A stretch of DNA of 64,000 nt from Mobula hypostoma (lineage: Eukaryota): assembly GCF_963921235.1 (NCBI RefSeq), contig NC_086097.1, forward strand, positions 180,670,001 to 180,734,000, read 5' to 3'. Below, piece by piece: positions 1-12,700 of this stretch; position 1 is the stretch's first letter, and the number at the start of each line of letters is the position of its first letter. Below the pieces are notes generated by a model that was not told the DNA's origin, did no database searches, and was given only the letters and a program-made list of their open reading frames with translations. The position numbers and the translations under genes were made by a program.

Positions 1-352
1 AACAGGATCCTACCATCAAACACATCTCTCCACTTTCCACAGGGATCACTCCCTCCATGATTCCTTTGTCCATTCATCACTACCCACTAATCTCCCTCTT
101 GACACTTATCCCTGCAAGTAGCCAAAGTGCTACACCTATCCATTTACCTCCTTCCTCACCTCCATTCAGGGCCCCAAACTGTCATTCAAGGTGAGGCAAC
201 ACTTCACCTGCTAGTCTGTTGTGGAATCCGGTGCCCCCAATGCAGTCTCTTCTATATTAGTGAAACCTGTGTAAGTTGGGGGACCTCTTTTTCAAGCACC
301 TCCACACCATCCACAAAAAGCAGAATTTCTGTGGTCAACCATTTTAATTCCT
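1..352 (+). mobile_element. Penelope-like element, decayed GIY-YIG endonuclease region (5' part)
   Basis: Remnant translation ...IQGPK...IRCPQCSLFYISET...NHFNS; continues at about 1650 after an inserted LINE. Confidence 0.75.
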
Positions 353-1648
353 TAATGATGGATGCTACTTTTTTGAGGCATCGCCTTATAAGGGTGTCCT
401 CGATGCCGGGGATGCTGGTGCCCATGATGCAGCTGGCTGAGTTTACAACTTCCTGCAGCTTTTTCTAACTCTGTGCAGTGCCCCCTCCATACCAGACAGT
501 GATGACACCAGTTAGAGTGCCCTTCATGATATACTTGTGGAAATTTTTGAGTCTTTGATGACATACAAGACTTCTCAAACTCCTAATGAAATATAGCTGC
601 TGTCATGAATTCTCTGTAATTGCATCAAAATGTTGGACCCATGATAGAACTTCAATGTTGACACCCAGAGACTTGAAATTACTCGCCATTTCTACTGCTG
701 ATCCCATAATAAGGACTGGTGTGTGTTCCCATGACTTTCCCTTCTGAAGTTCATAATCAATTCCTTTGTCTTACTGACATTCAGTGCAAGATTGCTGTTG
801 TGACACCACTCAACCAGCTGATCTATCTTGGTCCTGTATGCTTCCTTGTCCCATCTGAATTTTTGCCAACAATAGATTGATGGGTGGCATTTTGCTGTGC
901 CTAGCCACACAGTCATGGGTGTAGAGTAGAGCAGTGGGCTAAGCACACATCCTTGAGGTGTGCCAGTGTTGATTGTCAGTGAGGAGCAGATGTTATTTCT
1001 GATCTGCACTGGCTGTAGTCTCCCAGTGAGGAAGTCAAGCATACAGTTGCAGAGGGAGGTACAGAGACACAAGTTTTGGAGCTTATTGATTAGTATTGAG
1101 GGTATGAGCTGTAATCACTAAACAGCAGCCTGATGTAGGTATTACTATTGTCCAAGGCCAAGTAGAGAGCCAGTGAGACTGCATATGCTGTAGACCTATT
1201 GTGGCAATAGGCAAATTGCAGCTGTTCAGGGTCCTTGCTTAGACAGTTGATTCTGGCCATGACCAACCTCAAAGTACTTCATCACAGTAGATATGAGTGC
1301 AACTGGAGTGCATCACCCCTCCTTCTCCACCTCTGACCCCTGTTTTACCCCATTCTCTTTTTTATAGATGTACAGTGGAGATTTATTCTGACTAGTTGCA
1401 TCACCATTTGGTAAGCTGCAATGCACAGGGATTGCAAGGAGCCGCAAATGGTTGTAAACCCAGTCAGTTCCATCATGATCACCACCTTCCCCACCATCAA
1501 GAACATCTTGAGGAGATGGTGCCTTTGGAAGGCAGTATCCATCAATAAGGATCCTCACCATCCAGGACACTTTTTTCTCTTTACTATCATCAGGCAGGAG
1601 GTACAGAATGAGAATCAGGTTTATGATCACTGGCATATGTCATGAAAT
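353..1648 (-). mobile_element. Rex1/Babar-type LINE RT fragments (mainly minus strand; a short plus-strand piece at about 1370-1610)
   Basis: ORFs with LQFAY...NRST and [38 protein letters not shown]. Confidence 0.8.
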
Positions 1649-1649
1649 A

Positions 1650-2118
1650 TGCCTCTTCTACTGCCACAATGAGGCCAGACTCAGGCTGGAGGAGCAACCC
1701 CTTAAATTCTATCTGGGTAGCCTCCAACTTGATGGCATGAACATCGATTTCTTGAACTTCCAGTAGTTGCGCCCCCCCCACCATTCCCATTTCCCTCTCT
1801 CACCTCATCTCCTTACCTGCCCATCACCTCCCGCTGGTGCTTCTCCCCCTTCCCTTTCTTCCATGATTATCTACCCTCTCCTATCAGATTCCTCCTTCTC
1901 CAACTCTTTACCTCTTTCACCCAACAGCTTCCCAGCTCTTTACTTCACCCCTCCCCCTCCCAGTTTCATCTATCACCTACCACCCCTCCCTCCATCTTCT
2001 TGCTCTAATTTCTCATTGTTTTTTCCAGTCCTGATGAAGGGTCTTGGCCTGAAACATTGTTTACTCTTTTCCATAGATGCTGCTTGGCCTGCTAAGTTCC
2101 TCCGGCATTTTGTGTGTT
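1650..2118 (+). mobile_element. Penelope-like element 3' end with hammerhead-like motif
   Basis: LFYCHNEARLRLEEQ...LGSLQLDGMNIDF remnant, a pyrimidine tract, then cagtcCTGATGAagggtcttggcctGAAAc (2026-2055). Confidence 0.75.
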
Positions 2119-3199
2119 TCATGAAATATGTTGTTTTGTGTCAGCAAGACTTTAAAACGACCATGTCCCAATAAGAAATGTGAAAAATGAATAAATAGTG
2201 TAAAAAGAGAGTTCACGGACCATTCATAAATCTAATGGTGGAAAGGGAGACCAGTTCTTAAATGGTCGCGTGTGGATCTTCAGGCTCCTGTACTGCACCC
2301 CTGATGGAAGTAATGAGAAGAGCGCCTGTTCTGGATAGTGAAGAATCTTAGTGGTTGATGATGTCTTCTTCAGGCACCACCTTTTGAAAATATTCTCAAT
2401 AGTGGAGAGGCTGGTGGCCATGATGACTCTGTAAACCTCTACGGTTTTTTTCAGTCCTGTGTGTTGGAGCCTCCAACTGACAGTGATGCAACCCATCAGA
2501 ATGCTCTCCACTGTATATCTGTAGAAATTTGCTAGAGCCTTTGGTGATATGCCAAATCCCTTCAAACTCGTAATGTATTATCACCATTAGTGTGTCTTCA
2601 TCATAATTGCATCAATGTGTTGGGCCCAGGATAGATCTTCTGATGGCCAGGAACTTGAAGCTTCTCACCCTTTCCACTGCCTGAAGATCCACACACACCG
2701 ATTCAGAACCAGCTTCTTTCCCTTCCACCATCAGATTTCTGAACTGTTCATAAACCCACCAACACTACCTTATTATTCCTTTTATTGTACTGTTTATTTA
2801 CTTTGTAATTTGTAATTTTCATGTTGTACTGTACTGCAGCTGCAAAGTGATATATTTCATATCATATAAGACAGTGACAATGATCTTCCTTCAGTCCTGA
2901 TACTGTACAAGGTTACACAAGAGACTGCAGACTGGAATCTGGAGCAACACACAAAATGCTGGAGGAACTTAATGGGTCAGGCAGCACCTGCAGAGGGAAG
3001 TAGACAGTTGACGTTTTGAGTCAAAACGCTCATCTGGACATCTGAATTATTTTTTTACTACAGATTACAGCACCTGCAGTCTCTTGTGTCTCGATATCAA
3101 TACGATGGTTTGAATGTGATTTGAAAACGATTCCCTAATTGTGATGAGCCTATTCTTCGTTTTTGATACGGTTTGTGATTTGTAGATGAACCCTTTTAT

Positions 3200-4680
3200 G
3201 TAGCAGTGTCTGTCCTTCGCCGTGATGTAGGCCCTGATTTTGTAGACACTTCCTTAAGTTCCAGGGACCGGCCAGTAATTTACTGGCCGGCTGGGGTAAT
3301 TCTGCGCCTGGGTGCGAGGCTGCGATTTGTAGACGGACCCTCTACCGCATTGCGCAAACGCCCTCCCCTGGACCCCTGGGATTTCTGCGTTTCTGGCTTG
3401 AGCGACGATCCCTGGGGCCATGGACCACCCTCCCCCACTACCTCTCTCTCCTCCCCTCACCTCTCCACCCCCTCACTCCTGCACTTGCGCAGTAGGTTTG
3501 GGGGCTGCAGCCCCCCTCCCTTCACCGAGTGCCCACCCCTGCAAAAGCGGAGACAGACAAGCACAATGGAGAGGAAGGTAAGAATGAAACCAGAGCCCGG
3601 TTACTGCACCCCATCTCTGCAGACCCCCGACCCCCCAGCCCCCGCCCTGCAGCCTCCTCCCGGCACCACCTTTCTGCACTTTCCCTTCTTGCAACCCCCA
3701 TCCCCTCCCGCCGCTACCACCACCATCCCACTCTGCCCAAACACGGGCAGGAGCTGCATCACCAGCTGGGCAGCAGGTACAGTGACACTGTCGCCCATCC
3801 CTGCAGAGATTAGCAGGCAGAGCCTGACAGTGCCCCTTCTCGGGTCTCCCGTTCCCCTCTCCACCTCCCCATCTCAATCTCCCCTTCCTCTGCCTTCTCC
3901 ATCGCTCCCCCTCCCCACCCGCTATACCCTCTCCATCCCTCCCTTCCCCCAATCCACATCCCCATCCCTCTGCCCCTTGCTTTTGCTGGAGAGGCCAGCA
4001 CTGGGTAGTCTGCAGCTCATCGCAGATTGTGTGTGTGTGTTCTGAGGATGAATTTTCCCCGCTGCCTATCCTCGGGATTCCGGGAGACTGTTCTGCGTGG
4101 ACGATCCTCCAGCCAGAGGCAGGGCTGGCGATTTGTCGGCAGTGTGCTGCTGCTTTGTTCACGCTCCATTTTCGTCAGCTCCGCACCGGCTGGCTGGAGC
4201 TTCTGCTCCGTGAAGCGCGATCCCAGCCCAGAGACCCGAGCAGAACGTTCCGGCAAGGCTGGAAGCCCTCTCCGCTGTCAGAAGGTGCGGGGAGGAGAAG
4301 GGAGCAAGAGGTCAAGATCCTCCGCGGATTCTCTTGTGTAAGGGGTGATGGTTCTCCGCAGAGGTAGCGGGATGAGGGTTTTGCCCAGATGGAGATGGAC
4401 GGGAGTGATGGTGGGCAACAGTCTATGGAAAACGAACCCCTTTTGCCCCTGGTGAGGTGGTCCTGTCTGCTGACTAGCGACACAAAGCGCCTGGTCGGAT
4501 TTTCCAAGTGATACCGAATAACCAGGGAAGTTTCTGGTCGAGAATCGCCGCCACAGAAGTCGGATAGTTATTGTGTGACAGGGAGCGCGATAACGGTGCG
4601 GTTAAACTTGCAGGCTAAAAGTCTCTCAGGAAGGAGCGTTGACATCGTACGGAATGTGGTAATGATCCTCAGTGCCGACA
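3200..4680. promoter_or_regulatory. CpG-rich promoter-like island around candidate exon 1a
   Basis: Dense CpG in otherwise CpG-depleted repeat DNA; TGCGCA motifs near 3351 and 3486; 23-bp palindrome at 3268-3290. Confidence 0.6.
3566..3577 (+). CDS. SMARCD3: Candidate alternative first coding exon (1a) of SMARCD3, encoding MERK
   Basis: Strong Kozak context (gcacaATGG), ATG GAG AGG AAG, then a consensus donor AAG|gtaaga. Phase 0 matches exon 2. It sits at the end of a CpG-rich promoter-like block. Linkage to exon 2 is inferred. Confidence 0.55.
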
Positions 4681-5122
4681 AATTCATGTCGTACAAGACA
4701 ATGATACTAAACCTGCTGCTGATTCTGAGCTCTGGTGCTTCATGCTGTGTGATGTGCCTCGAACCTCGGGCACTGTGGTACGTTCAGAAATGTGCCCAGT
4801 AACCAGAGAACTTGAAAGACCCCAGGTGGATACCTGAAAAAAAGAATATGTGACACAAAGTTTGAGGGGAAGGGTTGTCAGGAACAGGAGGCAGTATTTA
4901 TCAGAGAGGAAAATAATTCTAATTTCCCTCTGGCTGCTCACTATTGATTTCAGTTTAACCCGGAAGTTACTGACTGAAGATTGTTCCCCTGTGTTACATA
5001 GGGCGCACGTGTTGATCAATATTTAGAGTCTCAGACACAGGGCATTGAAACAGGCTCTTCGGCCCAAGTCACCTCTGCCTATTGTGTTGCCCAATGAACA
5101 AGCCCTATCTGCCTGCAATTGG

Positions 5123-6726
5123 CATCCATCTGAATGGATCTCCAATCAAGTTGTAGCTGTCTCAGCCAATCACATCCTTACAATGTTTTTTTAACCACAT
5201 ACAAGCTCAATGTGGCTTGTTGGTTGTTCCATTTCACTGTTACAAACCTCATTCCCACAGGAGTTATCTTTTCTCCAATATAAGTTCTTGGCTGCATATC
5301 TGCAGGCTTCAGTTTAGCATTTTTGAAATACTGTTCAAATTCAGTTTGTGGAATGACTGAAACAGCCAAACCAGTGTCCAATTCCATTTTGTTTAATTTG
5401 CCATTCACTTCTGGTGTAGCCATATTGCTTGTCTATTGTTAGTTTTGACAATGTAAATCTCAAGGCTACACAGGCCTATCTCACTCTCATCATTATCAGA
5501 TTTTTCATCAAAGCCCGCAGATTAGTGCTCTTTTTGCATCTGCAACTTGACCTTTTATCTTTTTTCTCTTCCCTGTGCAGTCCATTTATTTTTCTCTACC
5601 CGACATGCACTTTGTATGCATCCTATTTTCTGCAAGTTTCACTTTTAAACCTGCATTGGTCAGGTGTATGTGAGCCCCTGCCATAATGGTAATAGTATTT
5701 GTTCAGCCAGGTAAGTTTCTGTTTAGATGTTGCAATTTTGTTCACACTCACTGACTGCAACTTAATTGTGTCTCTTTCTGTGGTTCTAGTGAAACATCAA
5801 TTTCAACTTTTTTTAAATATAAGTTGTGCTTCAGTTATGAGCCATTTTTGAATGCTTACTTGTAAGATTTCACAAACTAAACAATCGCTCAATGCATCAT
5901 TAAGACTCTTACCAAACTGACAATGCTCAATCTTTTCAATTCAACCACATACACTGAAGTGGACTCTCCTTTCTTTTTATTCTACTTATGAAACCTAAAG
6001 TGTTCTACAATCAAAGCTCATTTCTCTGGTTTGGTTGGAGCAGTTAAACTTTGAAGCATACTGTATGGCTTTTAACCCAAAACACTCAGCAAAATTGGTA
6101 CTCGTTTCTCATTAGCTATTTAATTTGCTTCAAAATATTGTTCAATTAGCTCAATATACATGAGCCAGTTTTCTGTTGTGGAATCAGAAGTGCCCATCTT
6201 TACAATGTAGCCAGCCATTTATGTTTTTTAAATGATTATTATCACTCAGTATCCACTCTTTATGAACCCGTGAATTCTTCCATTTACTGCCTTAAAAAAA
6301 ACTTGATTGTGTCTTCCCTTCTGAAGAACGCATGCTGCCCTGCTTTTTCTTTTAACTCGGCAGCCTCCTCACTTGCAGGGATGTATTTTTTACTCATCAT
6401 TCCTCACTGCATTTCTTTTAGTTTGAACGTCTTGCTGTGCTTCAAACGGTTGGTATTCGTCTCAGGTTCGTTTTAAAAATACCTTGTCACCACTATTAAG
6501 TTTTGTAACTTCAAAACATTAAACTAATTCAAAGGAAGACACAGGAGGCTGAAATGTTAATCTAACTTCGTGTTCTACTTTAAGTGAAGCATGCACATAT
6601 CACGTAGAATGATGACGTATGCAATTCACATATCCATATTTATAACTCGTAATGAATTATTTAAACAAACAAGAATGCCTAATCAACTATATATACAAGA
6701 TTACTTTCATATTAAATATACAATAG
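5123..6726 (-). mobile_element. Ty3/Gypsy LTR retrotransposon relic (LTR, PBS, gag, protease)
   Basis: Aspartic protease MELDTGLAVSVI (5178-5423); gag start MAGYI near 6218; zinc-knuckle remnant near 5650; PBS-like TGGTGAC adjacent to an LTR-like block at about 6495-6726. Confidence 0.8.
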
Positions 6727-9700
6727 GTCCCCACTATTTTCTGCTGTAAAACCCCCAGCTGCTCCCTCGCCTGTTGCCCGTAGCGTTCGATGATAAATCA
6801 GGCATCGTTCCTCTGACTTCTCTGTCAGCTCCTGTGTGGTTGCCCAAGGGGTGCAGTTCAAACCTGCTCTTTTCCACATCGTTCTGTGGCCTTGTCTCAA
6901 CATCTTCTGAACCCCTTCACCCCGGTGAATCTATGATCTCTCCTCCCCTCCTGCCTTGGTCTCAAAATCATCCTCTTTCTCTCATAAATGTGTTACTTGT
7001 ACTTGGACCTCAGAAGTCCTCTCCCCAGTCCCTCCACACCCCTGCTCTCAGAGACACATTGCACAGAAGCAGACCCTTCAGCCCAACTCATCCATGCCAA
7101 CCAAGTATCATGCCTGCACTGGTCCCACTTCCCCAGATTTGGATCGTGTCCCTCCAAACCTTTCGTATCCATGTACTTGTCTGAATGTATTTTACATGTT
7201 GTTACAGTACCCGCATCTACCACGTCCTTTGGCAGCTCATTCCATGTACTCACCACCATCTGTGTGAAAAAGTCTCCACCCAAGTCTTCTTTAAATCTTT
7301 CCCTTCTCAGCTTAAATCTATACCCTTTGGTTATGGGTTCCCCTACCCTCGACACAATTCAGCTTATGTATGGTCCTTGTGATTTTATAGAACACAGAAC
7401 AGTACAGCACAGGAAAAGGCCCACAATGTTGTGCCAAACTAATTAAATTTGTTTAGTTGGGCATTTGATTACTAAATGTATCCCTGGAGAGGAATAAAGA
7501 AAAGACACTTCGGGCTAAAAACCTTCATCAGGACTGTTCATTACCCTCGGTAGATGTTGCCTGACTTGCCGAGTTCCACCAGAGTTTTGTGTGCGTTCCT
7601 TAAGATTTCCGGCATCCGTAGAATCTCTTGTATTTAAACTAATCCCTTCTGCCTACATATATCCCTCCATTCTCAGCACATTCATGTGCCAATATGAGTT
7701 TCTTAAACGCCTCAGTCGAATCTATTCCCCCCCCCGCCTATTTCAGTGAAAGGTAAACAGTCTCAGCCAGTCCCTTCTCTCCTGATAATTTAAACCCTCC
7801 AGTCCCAACAACATCACTGCCCTCTTTACGTTTTGGTGGCAATGCTTCCCATAGCTGAGCGACTAATGCGGCTCTAACACAGATCCTGGTTCTCCGTCCT
7901 TGGAGCCAGTGGGTAGCTCACCTGCCGCCTTGTACCAGGCAGTGCTCCTGCAGCCATCCCCCCGTTCACTGCGGCGCGGACGGCCTCCTCCGCTGCTCTC
8001 CTCATCCCGCCCCTCGCGCAGTCCGCCCCGTTATCAGTGCCGCAGCTGGTACAGCGTGTTCTCGGGCAGTGAAGGACACTTGCTTGGCTCGTTGGCCTTC
8101 AGGCTGGAATGTGCATAGAAGCCCGGCCAGTTGGCAGGGTTGGAAATACTAAAACAGCTGTTCCGTTGCCTCTGCTCAAGCAACAACGAGCCTGGCTCCT
8201 TGCAAAGCCGTTGCCGGAACTTGAGGACATGAGATACAGGGAAAAGTTGAATAAGTTAGAACGTTATTCCCTGGAGCGTCGGTGAATGAAGGGAGATTTG
8301 ATAGAGTTATACGAAATTATGAAGAGTGTAGACAGGGTAAATGCAGGCAGACCTTTTCCTCTGAGGTTGGATGAGACTCGAATTAGAAGAGGTCATAGGT
8401 TAAGGGTGAAAGGTGAACTATTCAAGGGGAATCTGAGAGTGAATTTCTTCATTCAGAGAGTGATGTAAGTTACCAGCAGAAAAAATGGTGGATGCAGGTT
8501 CAATTGTAACATTTAAGAGAAGATTGGAAAGGTACGTTGATGAGAGGGATTTGGAGGGAGATGGTCTGGGTGCAAATACCACAATATTTGTGCTGACCAC
8601 AATACTAAATGGAACTAATCCTTCCTGCCTTCACATGAACCATTTCCCTCCATTCCCTGCACATTCATTACCTATATAATGGCCTCTTAAGCTCCATTAT
8701 TGTATCTGTCTCCACCATTCCTGGTATCCTATTCCAGACCCCATCACTCTCTGTGTTGTTTTGTTTAAGTTGTCTCACCTATTCCCTTGTACTTTCCCCC
8801 ACCACCTTAAAACTGTGCCTTCTGGTACTTGACATTTCAACCCTGGGAAAGAGATTCAGGCTGTCTGCCTCTCATAATTTTGTAAATTTCTAAGAGGATA
8901 TTTTTAGAAACCAGCTTTCGTAAAAATGATTATAAATAGGGAGAAGGATGTAAAAACTGACTTAGGAACTTGTACAGGATCTGTGACAAGGCAGAGAATA
9001 GCTAAGCATTGCACCAAATTAGCCTGCCCTCCAATGTCTCCAACCACATGTCCTGCTGCCTTGGGAAAGCAGCCAACATAATCAAGGACCTCACTCACCC
9101 CAGATGTTCTCTATTCTCCCCCCTTCCATCAGGCAGAAGATACAAACATCTGAAAGCACGTACCACCAAGCTCAAGAACAACCTCTATCCTGCTGTCATC
9201 AGACTCTTTAAAGGACCACTGATACGCTAAAAATTAATTCCTTGTCTCTATCTACCTCATCAAGCTTGCGATACTGAGATTTGTTGGTTCGAGGGGTGAA
9301 TGGTTGAAGGAAAGTAGCTATTCCTGAACCTGGTGGTGTGGGATTTCACTAGCAGCTGTGCAAAGATGGCATAGCCCGTATGGTGGGGATCTTCAATGGA
9401 CGTTGCCTTCTTGAGGCACTATCTCCTGAAGACACTACCAATGATGTGGAGGGACGTGCTGTGAGTTAATGGGCAGAGTCCACTACTCTCTGCAGCTTCT
9501 TATGTTCATGCACATTGAATTGCCGTACCCGACAATAATGTACCCAAGTAGGATACTCTCAGTAGTAAATCTGTATTCATTTGTTAGAGTGTTCAACGAC
9601 AAGCCATCCTCCTTAACTGCCCAAGAAAGCATCTCACTGTATTTTCCCTTATTGCTCTATGCTGTTAGCCATCCTCCTGTGTGGGACCCTATGAGCAGCC

Positions 9701-12700
9701 TTCAGGGACAGCCATACACCAGATTCACTAAGTGCCTCTAATCTAGATTCACTGACGTAGAGCAGAAGTACCTAGTTTCAAAGTAAGGCTCTCCCACTTT
9801 AGACAGATGAGAAGGAGATTCTTCTTTCCAAGAATCATAGATCTTTGTAATATTATCCCCCAGGGATCAGCAGAAGTGAATCATTAAATATATTCAAGGC
9901 AGAGAGTTGAGAGTTGTGGAGAGAGAGTGAGAAATTGGTTTTAAGGCCAGGATGGGATCAACTATGAACTTATTGAATGATGGGACAGACTTAAAGAGCT
10001 GAGTGGCTTTTGTTTTCTGTTTCATATACAAAATGATGAGTGGTGTAGATAGGGTAAATGCATGCAAGCTTTTCCCCTTAGGTTGGGGAAAAAGAGGTCA
10101 TAGGGTTCATGGTGAAAGGCGGAATCATTAAGGGTAACCTGAGGGGAAACTTCTTCACTCAGAGGGCAGTGTGAATGTGGAAGAAACTGCCGTTGAAATA
10201 TTTCAGAGAAGTCTGGATAGGTGGATGAATAAGAGTGTTATGGAGGGCTACGGTCCGGGTGCACGTAGATGGGACTGAGCAGAAGATCAGGTTGCCATGG
10301 ACCAGATGGGCTGAGGGGCATATTTCTGTGCTGTAATACTCTATAACTCTATCATAACAGATTTACACATATACTTTTGTAGATTACAGGTAGGTGTACA
10401 CTTCCTGTGTACAAAAAAAAATCATTTCTTGCAGTCGGTGCCCATAAATTGTTAAGTTATCTTTCCCTATAGAATTTTACAATGAAATCATAAACACAAG
10501 AGATTCTGAAGATATTGGGAATCCTGAGCAATATACTCAACATGTCAGAGGAACTCAGCAAGTCAAGCAGTATCTTTGGAGGGAAGTAAACAGTTGATAT
10601 TTTTACTTGAAACGTCACTACTGTATTCAGTCGGTATATGCTGCCTGACTTGCAGAGTTCTAGCATTTTATGTGTGACTATGTAAATCAGTCCCGTTGTA
10701 ATTGGAAGCTCTGGTCAGTAGGCGGCAGAGTGAGGACAGGTTCTAACGTCAGTGGGACCCCGTCAACTTCACAGTCGAACAATCTCAGAATCGGAATCAG
10801 GCTTTATATCACAGGCATGTGTCGTGAAATGTGTTGTTTTGCGGCAGCAGTACAGAGCATTACACAAAAAACTATACATTACAATAAAAATATACATTAA
10901 AATAATTTAAATAATTAAATTAAATTAGCATGTAAACAGTCCATGTAAATGAATAATATAAATTTGTTTTTTTTTTCTTGGCTTTAATTTATACGCTAAA
11001 CAGCATTCAGACTTGTAGCATGGAATAAATGAAAGTAATCACAATCGTTTTTTATTATCATTGTCTTAGATGAGGTCAGATTTGTGGTATCACGGCAGCA
11101 GTATAGTGTAAAGACATAAAATTACTATAAATTACATAAATAAATTTAGTGCTTAAAAAGGAATAACGAGACAGTGTTCATGAACCATTCAAAAATCTGA
11201 TGGCAGAGAGGAAGAATCATTGAATGTGGGTCTTCGGGCTCCTGGCCCACCTCATGATGGTAGTAATGAGAGAAAGGGCGTGGCCTGGATGCTGATGCAG
11301 CCCCTTAATGCACCGCATCTTGAAGATGTCCTCGGTGGTGGGGAGGGATGTGCACATCATGGAGCTGGCAAAGTCTCCAAGCTTTACAACCTCTTGTAAT
11401 ACTGTGCAGTGGCGGTTCGATACGAGACTGCGATGCAGCCAGTCAGGATGCTCATTTACAGAATTTGTAAGAGTCTTTGACATACAGTACTACATCTCTT
11501 CAAACTCCCAGTGAAGTAGAGCCTCTAGCGTGTGATTGCATCAAAGTGTTGGACCCAGGATAGATGTTTGGGGGTAGATTAATGTAAATTCCTCCTGTGG
11601 TTTCCTGCACTGTAGAACACAGTTCCCTAATGTCTCATCACTGCTGAGGTTTGCCTTCACGCTGGTTGAGCTGCAGATGTAAGACTTGTATAAATACCAT
11701 CTTGATGCCAAACTCCCTCTTCGTCTTTTTTCATACGGGAATCCATCTGGTGTAATCTTTGTTGACAGCGTGAACAGGGAGCAGTCTTGTGCACAGGAAT
11801 TGTATGTTCATCCCTATAAACAGCAGCTGAGCTGAATCTAGGGGACCAGCTGTGACTCTGGACACAGGGGGTAACTTATAGTAACTTTTACCTCTTACAC
11901 AGTACTGCTGCTGCACAACATCAGATTTCACATTTGCCACTAATAGCAAACCTGACCCTAATTCTGTTGGCAGCCCAGCAATCTCTGCTCACAACCAAGT
12001 GCGACCCAGACTCCTGTTTCACCGTCCTTTACACTCCCCTTGCTCATTCTTCCTGCGTCCTTGTCTTTTCCTTCCCAGCCGTTCCTCGCTTTCTCTCTGC
12101 CTTGTTTCCTCCCTCTCTCTCCCCTTTTCCTCTTCCTCCTCCTCCTTGTTCTGCCTATCTCTGCACATGCCTTTCTCTTTGCATATTCACCATTCCCCCA
12201 CATCTCCCGCTCCGCATTCTCTTCATTCCAACCCCCTTCCCTTTTACTCTCCTGTTCCCTCTTTCTCGCTGGGGTCCTGATTAGGGTTTCGACATGTAAA
12301 ACATCGTCAATTCCTCCAGCACGTCCACAGACGCTGCTCGACCCGCTGAGTTCCTCCACTATTTTGTGTGTTGCTCCAGAACTCAGCATCTACGGTTACA
12401 TGTGCCTCCTGTCTCTCTCAAGTCTCCACTCCCTTCTTTTTACTTTCTCTCTCTCTCGTCTCCACCCCTCTCTCTCGTGTCTCCACTTCTCTCTCTTTCT
12501 CTCTTTCCAGTCTCCACTACTCTCTCTCTCCCTCCCCCAGTCTCCCTCCCTCCCTCCGTCCCGCCGCTGACCTTCACGCTGAGCGGACACCACGCATGCT
12601 CCGGCCTCTGGGACTCTTCGTCCCCCAGGTCTCGGGCAGCGGGAGCGGCGCCTGAGGGGGGAGCGAGGGCGCAGAGGTTCCGGGCACCGACACCTGCCCT

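Noticed and set aside
3776..3782. Alternative donor CAG|gtacag extending exon 1a
   Set aside because: It is phase 1 relative to the ATGs at 3566 and 3584, incompatible with phase-0 exon 2.
3206..4367. Overlapping ORFs of 100-279 aa on both strands
   Set aside because: Expected in a GC-rich island; no recognisable domain. Only the MERK mini-exon has splice support.
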